From: a virus
Taxonomy: Duplodnaviria > Heunggongvirae > Uroviricota > Caudoviricetes
DNA length: 41,351 bases
Strand: one strand, 5' to 3'
Virus record (IMG/VR): IMGVR_UViG_2541047933_000011
Position numbers and translations under genes: made by a program. Shown piece by piece: positions 1 through 8,111 of this stretch. Numbering within the stretch: position 1 is the first letter of the stretch; every line of letters starts with the position of its first letter. The notes beneath the pieces were generated by a model. The model saw only the letters and a program-made list of their open reading frames with translations, did not search any database and was not told the origin of the DNA.

Positions 1-516
1 ATGAAATTTAAAAAATGTCTTCTGCCTGTGGCAATGTTAGCGTCATTCACTCTGGCAGGATGCCAGTCAAATGCTGATGATCATGCCGCCGATGTTTATC
101 AAACCGATCAACTGAATACCAAACAAGAAACTAAAACCGTTAATATTATTTCCATTCTTCCCGCAAAAGTTGCCGTAGACAACGCCCAAAATAAACGGAA
201 CGCACAAGCCTTCGGCGCGCTTATTGGCGCTGTCGCTGGCGGTGTTATCGGCCACAACGTCGGGTCTGGCAGCAATTCCGGAACGACGGCAGGTGCAGTT
301 GGCGGCGGAGCTGTAGGCGCGGCAGCGGGTTCTATGGTGAATGATAAAACCTTAGTGGAAGGTGTTTCTTTAACATATAAGGAAGGCACCAAAGTGTATA
401 CCTCCACCCAGGTGGGTAAAGAGTGCCAGTTTACGACAGGTTTAGCCGTTGTTATTACCACGACGTATAACGAAACGCGTATTCAGCCAAATACCAAATG
501 TCCTGAAAAGAGCTAA
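1..516 (+). CDS. SlyB/Pcp-like glycine-zipper outer-membrane lipoprotein (probable host flank)
   Basis: ATG at 1; lipoprotein signal with lipobox LAGC; Gly/Ala zipper GALIGAVAGGVIGHNVGSG resembling SlyB family (recalled, not searched). Confidence 0.55.
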   Translation: MKFKKCLLPVAMLASFTLAGCQSNADDHAADVYQTDQLNTKQETKTVNIISILPAKVAVDNAQNKRNAQAFGALIGAVAGGVIGHNVGSGSNSGTTAGAVGGGAVGAAAGSMVNDKTLVEGVSLTYKEGTKVYTSTQVGKECQFTTGLAVVITTTYNETRIQPNTKCPEKS

Positions 517-531
517 TAATCAGGAGGAGTC

Positions 532-1071
532 ATGAAGAAAGTTTTTCTTTGCGCCATCTTAGCCTCCTTAAGCTATCCGGCTATCGCCTCATCATTGCAG
601 GATCAACTCTCGGCTGTCGCAGAAGCGGAACAGCAAGGTAAAAATGAAGAGCAAAGGCAGCATGACGAATGGGTCGCGGAGCGCAACAGGGAAATCCAGC
701 AAGAGAAGCAACGTCGCGCAAACGCCCAGGCCGCGGCTAATAAAAGAGCGGCAACGGCAGCAGCGAATAAGAAAGCTCGTCAGGATAAACTGGACGCCGA
801 AGCCACTGCGGACAAAAAACGCGATCAAAGTTATGAAGATGAGCTACGTAGCTTAGAGATTCAGAAACAAAAACTGGCGCTGGCGAAAGAAGAAGCCCGC
901 GTCAAGCGCGAAAACGAATTTATCGATCAGGAACTGAAGCACAAAGCTGCGCAAACCGATGTGGTGCAATCTGAAGCTGACGCAAACAGAAATATGACTG
1001 AAGGCGGTCGCGATCTGATGAAAAGCGTGGGTAAAGCAGAAGAGAATAAATCAGATAGCTGGTTTAACTAA
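532..1071 (+). CDS. secreted, highly charged coiled-coil protein (probable host flank)
   Basis: GGAGG RBS before ATG 532; N-terminal signal peptide; K/R/E/Q/A-rich body. Confidence 0.5.
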   Translation: MKKVFLCAILASLSYPAIASSLQDQLSAVAEAEQQGKNEEQRQHDEWVAERNREIQQEKQRRANAQAAANKRAATAAANKKARQDKLDAEATADKKRDQSYEDELRSLEIQKQKLALAKEEARVKRENEFIDQELKHKAAQTDVVQSEADANRNMTEGGRDLMKSVGKAEENKSDSWFN

Positions 1072-1116
1072 ACGATGTTAGTAACTTCAAACCTATAATT
1101 CTTTAGGATAAAAAAA

Positions 1117-1140
1117 CCCTCTGTAGTAACAGAGGGTTTT
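1117..1140. terminator. bidirectional rho-independent terminator
   Basis: A-run, perfect 8-bp stem CCCTCTGT/ACAGAGGG with 4-nt loop, then TTTT; lies between convergent host genes and the prophage lysis genes. Confidence 0.65.
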
Positions 1141-1289
1141 GTTCATTCATAGTGCAGGGTCAAATCATTCCCACTCAATTATTTACGACAATCATAACCA
1201 ATTGAGTGATAACATTTTTCCAAAGTTCAACTTTTCCCGTACCGTTTTATATACCGTCACCGGAAATCAGTGCCATGAAAAATACCATG

Positions 1290-1772
1290 CTATCTGGTCA
1301 GGGTGTCGTACTGTTTTTCGCAGACTCTTCCGGCTTCGGCTGCCCGGTCAGCATACTCTGCCAGTTGTCTGTTTCTCTCGAGAGATTTGCTGAGCACGTC
1401 GGCAAGCAAAACTCCGGTGTCTGCGGCTGACGACCCAGCGCCGACAATGGCGTTATACTGCCTGAGCTGCTCACGGATGGCAACGAGCTGTTGCTGCAAC
1501 CTGCCAGCGCGAGCGGCAGCATCAAGAGCATCGCTGCGCGCCTGATCGATCCTCTGCTGCGCTTCACGTTCATTGGTCGCTTTCTCCTGTTCGTAGTACT
1601 GACGAACTTTTTCTTCTTCGGCTTTGCGGTCTTCTTCCGCCTGCGCATACCCGGCATCGTACTGGCGACTGCCGTGTGCATTCCAGGCTACAACTCCTGA
1701 TATGACCAGAACAGCAAGCATCGCCATGATAACCAACTGTTTCCAGTATGCTTTTGCGAATGCCCAGATCAT
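1290..1772 (-). CDS. Rz-like i-spanin
   Basis: ATG at 1772 overlaps endolysin stop (ATGA); N-terminal TM helix then charged coiled-coil; last gene of lysis cassette. Confidence 0.6.
   Translation of the reverse strand: MIWAFAKAYWKQLVIMAMLAVLVISGVVAWNAHGSRQYDAGYAQAEEDRKAEEEKVRQYYEQEKATNEREAQQRIDQARSDALDAAARAGRLQQQLVAIREQLRQYNAIVGAGSSAADTGVLLADVLSKSLERNRQLAEYADRAAEAGRVCEKQYDTLTR
1298..1531 (-). CDS. Rz1-like o-spanin embedded in Rz in an alternate frame
   Basis: internal ATG (1531 or 1522) giving lipoprotein signal [12 protein letters not shown] inside the Rz gene; start uncertain. Confidence 0.45.
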   Translation of the reverse strand: MLLMLPLALAGCSNSSLPSVSSSGSITPLSALGRQPQTPEFCLPTCSANLSRETDNWQSMLTGQPKPEESAKNSTTP

Positions 1773-2398
1773 ACCGCCAGCACCTTACTGGCAGTGATGT
1801 ATCGCGCGCGCCGGTCATCAATGCCGTTCCGGCCACCATTGATAAGCAGAGTTACACGTGCAATATCTCCGGTATACTTCATGCAGCCTTTGCTGGCGAA
1901 GAACCACGCCGCGCTACGAGCCGCATATTCGTCCTGCGCCAGCAGTTCAGGGCTCTCCAGCAGGTCAACCTTCAGACCGTTTCCGCAATCACGATAGTTA
2001 TTCAAACCGGTAATCTGGATAAGTCCGCGCCCTCGGTAATTCCAGCCATCACCAGGGGCATTGTTCCCCATGCGTTTGCTGTACACCAGATTGGCAATCG
2101 CTCTCTGGCGCTCAGGTGGCAATGGTGGTTCGCCTGCGCGTCGCCCCAATGCGTTGGCCTGTCCCTGAGTGAGACGCCCAGCCCGAACAAAGTTAGCCAG
2201 TCCGCTGACGCTGTAGTTGAAATTCTCCTGCAACCGGGTGAAGCCTCCAGACTCATGCCCGACCTGAGCAATAAACATAGCCTGATCTTCTGGTTTGCTG
2301 ATACCAAACTCTTTCATCGCAGAAGTTATATGCGAGAACCAGCGTGCGGCCAGTGCCTCGCTGATACCAGCAGCTCGCTGGAATTGTTTAATCTCCAT
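1769..2398 (-). CDS. endolysin, glycoside hydrolase family 19-like
   Basis: ATG at 2398 with GAGG RBS; motif [10 protein letters not shown]...NFNYS typical of GH19-type phage lysozymes (recalled); the longer ORF to 2563 is an upstream extension. Confidence 0.75.
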   Translation of the reverse strand: MEIKQFQRAAGISEALAARWFSHITSAMKEFGISKPEDQAMFIAQVGHESGGFTRLQENFNYSVSGLANFVRAGRLTQGQANALGRRAGEPPLPPERQRAIANLVYSKRMGNNAPGDGWNYRGRGLIQITGLNNYRDCGNGLKVDLLESPELLAQDEYAARSAAWFFASKGCMKYTGDIARVTLLINGGRNGIDDRRARYITASKVLAV

Positions 2399-2696
2399 GT
2401 TTAGACCTCGATACTTTGAAAATTTGAACGACGTTACCGCGCGTTTTAATAACCGCAGCAAGCATGACAGCGTTGATAATGACCTCGGATAAATCCACAG
2501 CCATTGGCGTACGTAACCAGATTGCATAGGCGACTCGAACAGGAATACTGGCCGCAGCAACAATCAGGAAATAAGCAAGCCATCCTCCCCACCTTCGGTG
2601 TTGAGAGCCGTTACGCCGGAATGTGACAACGCGAATTGCTATGCCAGTGCAAATAACTGCATTGGTGATAAGCAAAAAAAACTCATGCGTTACCAT
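2388..2696 (-). CDS. small multi-TM membrane protein in lysis cassette (second holin or antiholin candidate)
   Basis: ATG at 2696 overlapping stop of upstream holin gene; about 3 hydrophobic segments; overlaps endolysin start. Confidence 0.45.
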   Translation of the reverse strand: MVTHEFFLLITNAVICTGIAIRVVTFRRNGSQHRRWGGWLAYFLIVAAASIPVRVAYAIWLRTPMAVDLSEVIINAVMLAAVIKTRGNVVQIFKVSRSKHGD

Positions 2697-3087
2697 CGTC
2701 TTTTCTCCCCGGAATTAACTCGCGTGGATTATCGGAACGGTGATAGAGCCATATACCAATACGCACAGCGACAATTGCTGACACGAATGCGCCTGCAGAG
2801 AAAACAATCCCTTTTTCAAAAGAGTCCTGCGTGATGGTAGGGATCAGGCTGGCTATGCCGATAAGAATTGATGCTGCTGGTTTGTAAAAGAGAAGGCCGC
2901 AAAGAAAGCTGAGCATCGACAGGAGCACCCGGCGACGGATGGGGTACTCTACTGCAGAGGTAACAAAAATTACCGCCCCAGCCAAAGCCCCTAAAGCAAC
3001 CTCCGGAGGGACACCTGCAATAACTGCAGCAAGAGAACCAAAACTAAGCAACTGATTTAATTGCTCACTTGTTACTTGAGCAGACAT
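2683..3087 (-). CDS. putative holin (about 3 TM segments)
   Basis: ATG 3087 with AGGAG RBS; three hydrophobic helices; first gene of lysis cassette. Confidence 0.55.
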   Translation of the reverse strand: MSAQVTSEQLNQLLSFGSLAAVIAGVPPEVALGALAGAVIFVTSAVEYPIRRRVLLSMLSFLCGLLFYKPAASILIGIASLIPTITQDSFEKGIVFSAGAFVSAIVAVRIGIWLYHRSDNPRELIPGRKDDGNA

Positions 3088-3368
3088 ACTTTCTCCTGTT
3101 TACTATCTATAAGCCAGTCAATTATTGATGACTAAACCCGCATAGTAAACCATATATGAATCATTATTGTTCCATATCATATATCTCAATAAAAGTACTA
3201 ATGATTTTACAGAACGAGCCAGCAGAGTGGGGGCAGTTGTACAGGAACCATAGACTTAATTTTGTATTTAATAATGCTATGGTGTAATAAACCTGAACAT
3301 GTATTTAAAATACGTACTGATTCATGATAGAATTCAAAGATAACTTTTCACCAACTCCGTTTTTGATA

Positions 3369-3395
3369 CCCGCAATATTTTGCGGGCTTTTTTTT
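3369..3395. terminator. stem-loop with flanking A/T runs at 3' end of tail spike gene (possible terminator)
   Basis: CCCGCAA-tatt-TTGCGGG hairpin followed by T9 on plus strand and preceded by A-run on minus strand. Confidence 0.35.
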
Positions 3396-6300
3396 AACGT
3401 TCTTCCAGAGACTGAACCCGCTCTTTTATCTTATCCATTTCTCTGCGCTGCCATGCTGCCTCGATATAGAATAAGAGATCAGGTCTGACCCCCCATCTAG
3501 ATCCTGCTGGCGTTATTTCAACGCGCTCAATGATGTCTTCTATTACCATCACTGGATTATCATCCTCATCAACAATGATGCTCCCGTCATTATCAGTCAG
3601 CGGCATTTCCCTTTGGCCAGTAATGACGTCATCATATACTGCGGGATAATCGTCATAGCAAAGAAAGGCATAGCGGCATGTTGTGCTTTCTTCTTCCATG
3701 AGTCCGTGAGAAATAAGAACATCACGAAGTTGCTGCGCGATTACACCATGATGTATCCTCGCCCCTTCTTCCCCCTTTATAGCGACAGCGTTCAGCCATT
3801 TATAAGCGATATACCTGACGTCACCCCAGGCATCCAGCAATGCTTCGTCAGGAGAGACCGGCTCTGTCTTTAATGTTCCGTCACTGGTAACCACAGGATT
3901 GGAGCCAAGATAAACTGTCGAGAACCTGTTTCCCGGACCACCAAGAGCATTTACATTATCAAGATAAGGTTTAACATCTCCGTTCTCAAAAAGATGTTCG
4001 AGTGCGTTATATACCGCGCGACGTGGAGTACTGCTTCCGGAACCATGCAACGTTATCATTGCACCATCTGCTGAAGACGTTGTTTCACCGCCGCTAACGA
4101 TTAATCTCTGAGCGGTAACATCATCAGACGGTACTTTCTTCGCAATAATGGCGTAATTACCCTCAAGTTTGACTTCCGCGCGAACTTGTCCTGATGTACC
4201 TGCATGGACAGTCAGTGACTGGACGGCAACATCATCTGTGAAATCAACGGGTACAGGAACCGTCCTCACGCCTGACGTCGACATAAAAGTAGGAAGCGTT
4301 CTGTTAGGAGTGGCTCCGTAGACAAAATCCCTTGAAACAAATTCTTCCTGTTTAATTTTCACCCTGAAACAATACAAATCAGCCGGGTGACCATCGTGAA
4401 CATAAGGATATTTTCTGTTGTTATCCCCTATGCTCCATGGGTTTAGAAAGTCTTCCCCACCGAAAATGTAGTACAGCCAGTTGTCTTTGATACAAACTGA
4501 ACCAACACCAACCGCAGAGTTAACTATTCCGCCCTGATAAATCTGATCAGTAACATTAACCCACTCTACATTATCCAGACTCCACTCATTGACGTTAACT
4601 CTGGTCATAAATGTTCTTGGATAATTTCCTGCATAACGGTTATCAGGCTCTCCTCCTTCCCACTCACCAAATGCGCGCTCACTGCCAAAAATAATCAGCT
4701 CATCGCCAACTTTGGCAAAAGGAAGGTTTGAGTGATGAACATTATTTGGGAAGCGAAGAGAATTCCATGATGTACCTAAATCAGAGCTTCTGTGCAATGA
4801 ACTACCGGGTTGAGTACTTAATGTCCCCCTGGTCGTCAGATACAGAATGCCATCATAATATTTTACACATGGCTCAGATGCATTCGCCTCATATTCTGCA
4901 GGTATGCGTCTGCGAACAAAGCTACCAGGAGAACCGAAAGCATCAGAGAAATAGAGTATCCCAAGCTCGCGTGGACCAATATCACCATTATGGTAGCCAA
5001 CAGCAAAACTGTTATCGCTAATCGTCGCAAAACTGTGAATCTCAGTAACAGGAGTGCTTCCGTCAACAAAAGAAGGAATAGTTCCAAGACTGGTTTTTCT
5101 CCATGGTGACGAGTGAAATGATGTACCAAAACTCCAGTATCTACCCTCGTTATTCTGATCCACATCCTGGGTATTTTGCGTCGTAACTGTAAAAGTATTT
5201 TTATCAATAACAGTAGTCACCGTCATATTCCCGGTAACACCTGTAACACCAGAGTTTGAGAAGTTGACAAAATCACCAGCAAATAATCCGTGATCAGTAA
5301 TGCGAATATAAGCGACTTGCTGATTTGCTGCTTTCGTTATACCACCATAAACGCGAAGGCTGCGACTCATTGGGCGATCCCACAACTCTGCAACCTGCAG
5401 TTTATTTCCGCTCACGGTCCGCGTCTCAATTACAGCAAAAAGGCGATTTCTGACAACCCCCATACTCATGCAGTGATAGTTAACTGTGGGATAGTTTTCA
5501 TGTAAATCTGTAAGCCATTCCGGCGTTGTCCAGGTCTTCCCGTCATCTCCTGAGCGAACCCATGCAACATGGAGGTTATTTACACCATGGCGGTCTCCAG
5601 CCATAAAAGGCGCATAGATGACATTGTCATATACAAACGTTTTATCCTGCGTCCAGGCGTTGTACCACGGTGTATCTGTAATTTTAAATAACTCTCCCTG
5701 GATAAAATCTTCAGAAGCATAAAAAAGAGGCTGGCCCGGTATTCTCTCAAATAAAAAACGAGCATTTTTAAATCGACTGACATCCGGAAGAGTTGATACT
5801 TTAAAAGTAAGCCCTAATCCGTCAATTTTATAACCTGGAGATGAGGCTTCAAGGCACGCGCTTATTGCAGTGGAATCGTCATTTATACCATCACCAACAG
5901 CTCCAAAATCTTTGGGGCTAATAGCATCACGCATTTTATCCTGGAACGTTCGGTACACAGCCCCAGAACCATACTGAATAAACCAACCAAAACCACCAAC
6001 AACCCCGGCGATTGCAGCATCGACATAATTACGCATTGAGCGATTATTTACAGCGTCCTGCTCAAATGATGGATCTGCAAGGTTAGAAATTTTGTTTTGC
6101 TTTGCATCGTAATATTTTGCAAGCAAAGATGGTTTCATCAATGCACGTCTGAACCACCCAAAACATTGCTGGATCAGCATCGTCAGGTAGTCAAAGGCAT
6201 CTTCATGCACTTCGGGGAAAAATTTTCCCTGATTGCGAAGGTCTGTCTCCTGCACCACATCAAGCACACGATCTATCGTAATTCGCCATCCAGCAGCAAG

Positions 6301-6513
6301 CGGCGACGGAAGAACAACAGAACCGCCACTATAAGTGCCCGCCCCAGTTACCGTATAACCGGTATCCAGTACTAGTTCTGTTACGTTACCGTTAAGGTCA
6401 GACACCTGAACAACCAGGTCGGATTTTTTGAAAATACGGAAGGTATACGGAAATGATGTCGTAACGCCGTTACCAGTGTATTCGTTGTGGTCAACTTCGG
6501 TTGAGACCGTCAT
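3394..6513 (-). CDS. tail spike: T7 gp17-like N-terminal adaptor, beta-helix/sialidase-like Asp-box region, C-terminal S74-type intramolecular chaperone domain
   Basis: 1039 aa; GGAG RBS; N-terminus YTGNGVTTSFPYTF; DFGAVGDGINDDSTAI pectate-lyase-like motif; Asp-boxes SGDDGKTW and SSDLGTSW; C-terminal GVIAQQL region. Confidence 0.8.
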   Translation of the reverse strand: MTVSTEVDHNEYTGNGVTTSFPYTFRIFKKSDLVVQVSDLNGNVTELVLDTGYTVTGAGTYSGGSVVLPSPLAAGWRITIDRVLDVVQETDLRNQGKFFPEVHEDAFDYLTMLIQQCFGWFRRALMKPSLLAKYYDAKQNKISNLADPSFEQDAVNNRSMRNYVDAAIAGVVGGFGWFIQYGSGAVYRTFQDKMRDAISPKDFGAVGDGINDDSTAISACLEASSPGYKIDGLGLTFKVSTLPDVSRFKNARFLFERIPGQPLFYASEDFIQGELFKITDTPWYNAWTQDKTFVYDNVIYAPFMAGDRHGVNNLHVAWVRSGDDGKTWTTPEWLTDLHENYPTVNYHCMSMGVVRNRLFAVIETRTVSGNKLQVAELWDRPMSRSLRVYGGITKAANQQVAYIRITDHGLFAGDFVNFSNSGVTGVTGNMTVTTVIDKNTFTVTTQNTQDVDQNNEGRYWSFGTSFHSSPWRKTSLGTIPSFVDGSTPVTEIHSFATISDNSFAVGYHNGDIGPRELGILYFSDAFGSPGSFVRRRIPAEYEANASEPCVKYYDGILYLTTRGTLSTQPGSSLHRSSDLGTSWNSLRFPNNVHHSNLPFAKVGDELIIFGSERAFGEWEGGEPDNRYAGNYPRTFMTRVNVNEWSLDNVEWVNVTDQIYQGGIVNSAVGVGSVCIKDNWLYYIFGGEDFLNPWSIGDNNRKYPYVHDGHPADLYCFRVKIKQEEFVSRDFVYGATPNRTLPTFMSTSGVRTVPVPVDFTDDVAVQSLTVHAGTSGQVRAEVKLEGNYAIIAKKVPSDDVTAQRLIVSGGETTSSADGAMITLHGSGSSTPRRAVYNALEHLFENGDVKPYLDNVNALGGPGNRFSTVYLGSNPVVTSDGTLKTEPVSPDEALLDAWGDVRYIAYKWLNAVAIKGEEGARIHHGVIAQQLRDVLISHGLMEEESTTCRYAFLCYDDYPAVYDDVITGQREMPLTDNDGSIIVDEDDNPVMVIEDIIERVEITPAGSRWGVRPDLLFYIEAAWQRREMDKIKERVQSLEER

Positions 6514-6616
6514 GTTAAATCTCCAGATAGTCGCAGCACCCGTTGCGCCGCATATCTGGTTATTCTATTACCTGAAAAACCACATATGGATAGAAAGACT
6601 GTGAATACGAATAGAT

Positions 6617-6633
6617 ATTACCTTTCGGGTAAT
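6617..6633. promoter_or_regulatory. operator-like palindrome ATTACC-tttcg-GGTAAT (perfect)
   Basis: exact 6-5-6 inverted repeat; 37 bp upstream of LexA box and 76 bp upstream of ATG 6709. Confidence 0.6.
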
Positions 6634-6669
6634 TTGCAAAACGTGCTGGATAGCAAACAAATTATTTGA

Positions 6670-6689
6670 TACTGTATAAATATACAGTT
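6670..6689. promoter_or_regulatory. LexA (SOS) box
   Basis: TACTGTATAAATATACAGTT: 18 of 20 matches to TACTGTATATATATACAGTA with CTGT-N8-ACAG intact; 20 bp upstream of ATG 6709. Confidence 0.7.
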
Positions 6690-6708
6690 ATTGCATGGAG
6701 AAGATAAG

Positions 6709-6966
6709 ATGCAGCAGTATCACTATCCACTGGAAGACGGATTTACCGAAAGGATTCACACGCCGGGAGGCGTCAGATCACTGGTGGAGGGATCGCACTT
6801 GATGAAATTACTCCGGGATCTCGATAAGGATGGATTTAATGTCGATGGCCCACTTGCCGAACTGACTGCACTGATTAACTACGTCACCAGCTCACAGATG
6901 TCTATGCAGGATCTGCAAACACATCTCGACTATTGTGCCGAACAATTACGAAAACAAACCACATAA
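6709..6966 (+). CDS. small protein homologous to the C-terminal domain of the Bro-N antirepressor (candidate SOS-inducible antirepressor)
   Basis: 85 aa; GGAG RBS 8 nt before ATG; about 36 percent identity over about 72 aa to the C-terminus of the 8112..8804 product (hand alignment). Confidence 0.6.
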   Translation: MQQYHYPLEDGFTERIHTPGGVRSLVEGSHLMKLLRDLDKDGFNVDGPLAELTALINYVTSSQMSMQDLQTHLDYCAEQLRKQTT

Positions 6967-6971
6967 AGAAA

Positions 6972-6989
6972 AGGCCGCTCTAGCGGCCT
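6972..6989. terminator. bidirectional stem-loop between convergent genes
   Basis: AGGCCGC-tcta-GCGGCCT hairpin overlapping stop of 6988..7716. Confidence 0.45.
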
Positions 6990-7716
6990 ATCGTTTCGCT
7001 TTGTGCTCGTCCCAGCACGTTTTGCACCATGCCATTAAGCCGTCCGCATTTTGATTATTAGGGTAAAAGCTAGTTCGTTTTCTGCGGACATTACAAATTG
7101 GGCACCACTTCATATGGCGTGTATTCTTTGGGCCATCGAGACACCTTGCACACCACTTAGTCAATCCATCTGGATTTTTTGACGATTTCCTGAATTTTTC
7201 ATATGGAAGGTTTATTCTGCATCGCAAGCACTGCTTGCTACCACTTGAAACTCTGTTAGCTGATTCTTCTTTTGGCGGCGATACAGAAGGTATTCTTGCT
7301 GGCTCTGATACTGCCTGAGGTGCTTTTTTAGATGACTGAGACGATATGTCATCACCAGGGAATCTTCCATGATATGCCGGACGCGTTGACACTCCGGGTG
7401 GAAGCTCAGCTGTAAACGGCTTTGGCTGAATCAGTTGCCTCTCTTTTGCTAACTCCTGCTGTTTATAATATGTCTGGATTACCGCGCTATCATAAGCAGG
7501 AGGTACGGAAATATTAGGCGCATTATCTCCCGTTTTTTGAAACTGAGTGGAGGTGTGTTCTATCACCTGTGTACGATTAATCGTTATCTCCCCATCTTCA
7601 GTCTTTATCGTTTTGTTATGATTAACGACCGTACGATCAGAGATCTTAGTCTTGTTCTGGTTGATAACGTAAATAATCACCGCAACCACACCAACAACTA
7701 CCCAGAAAACTTCCAT
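6988..7716 (-). CDS. membrane-anchored protein with C-terminal tandem zinc-ribbon (four CxxC pairs)
   Basis: 242 aa; strong GAGGAAAGG RBS; N-terminal TM helix; C-terminus CLRC...WCARC...WCPIC...WCKTC. Confidence 0.6.
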   Translation of the reverse strand: MEVFWVVVGVVAVIIYVINQNKTKISDRTVVNHNKTIKTEDGEITINRTQVIEHTSTQFQKTGDNAPNISVPPAYDSAVIQTYYKQQELAKERQLIQPKPFTAELPPGVSTRPAYHGRFPGDDISSQSSKKAPQAVSEPARIPSVSPPKEESANRVSSGSKQCLRCRINLPYEKFRKSSKNPDGLTKWCARCLDGPKNTRHMKWCPICNVRRKRTSFYPNNQNADGLMAWCKTCWDEHKAKR

Positions 7717-7735
7717 TGCCTTTCCTCACAATAAC

Positions 7736-7752
7736 ATTACCTTAAAGGTAAT
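7736..7752. promoter_or_regulatory. operator-like palindrome ATTACC-ttaaa-GGTAAT (perfect)
   Basis: exact inverted repeat 20 bp upstream of ATG 7716 (minus strand). Confidence 0.6.
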
Positions 7753-7800
7753 ATCTTGCTTTCAGGTGATCAAGCGTTAAACGCAATCAACCAAATACGG

Positions 7801-7830
7801 TTGATTTTAATATTTCTTCGCGTTTATCAT
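7801..7830 (+). promoter_or_regulatory. candidate sigma70 promoter (TTGATT-18-TATCAT) overlapped by operator
   Basis: -35 at 7801-7806, -10 at 7825-7830; operator 7829..7845 overlaps -10 and start region. Confidence 0.4.
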
Positions 7831-7845
7831 TACCTTTGCGGTAAA
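7829..7845. promoter_or_regulatory. operator-like palindrome ATTACC-tttgc-GGTAAa
   Basis: core TTACC-N5-GGTAA exact. Confidence 0.55.
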
Positions 7846-8111
7846 TTTACATCGCACTCCTCTTGTGCCATAGTAATCGGGCACTGGCAAAATCCAGTGC
7901 CGGGATTGGTCTCCCGGATTACTACAGAGGCACATATGCCGCATAAGCGGTTTTTTTATGTGTAAAGCGCACCTATTCTATGGTGGGCTGTGTGGGGGCA
8001 CCGAAAGGTGCGCCGGGTTCCTTTGTAGCCGGTAAGACCAACTCTGCACAGTTCACCACCATCTGATTGGTCTCAGCGGTGGTGATTAACCTAACTACAA
8101 AGGTGATCGCC
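7846..8111 (+). other. long structured non-coding leader upstream of Bro-N gene (possible attenuator or small RNA)
   Basis: about 265 nt without a credible ORF; hairpins at 7872-7897 and 7996-8011 (GAAA loop); CCGC-ataa-GCGG plus T7 at 7938-7957. Confidence 0.3.

Noticed and set aside
1139-1430. Plus-strand ORFs 1139..1393 and 1206..1430 at the prophage edge
   Set aside because: They overlap the Rz/Rz1 coding region antisense and have no RBS.
1769-2563. 264-aa ORF as the endolysin
   Set aside because: The first 55 codons have no homology context and overlap the upstream membrane gene; the GH19-like domain starts at ATG 2398, which has a GAGG RBS.
2959-2974. GGTAA-N6-TTACC as further operator copies (also GGTAA-N2-TTACC at 34359..34370)
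   Set aside because: Half-sites are in the reverse order with different spacing and lie inside coding sequence.
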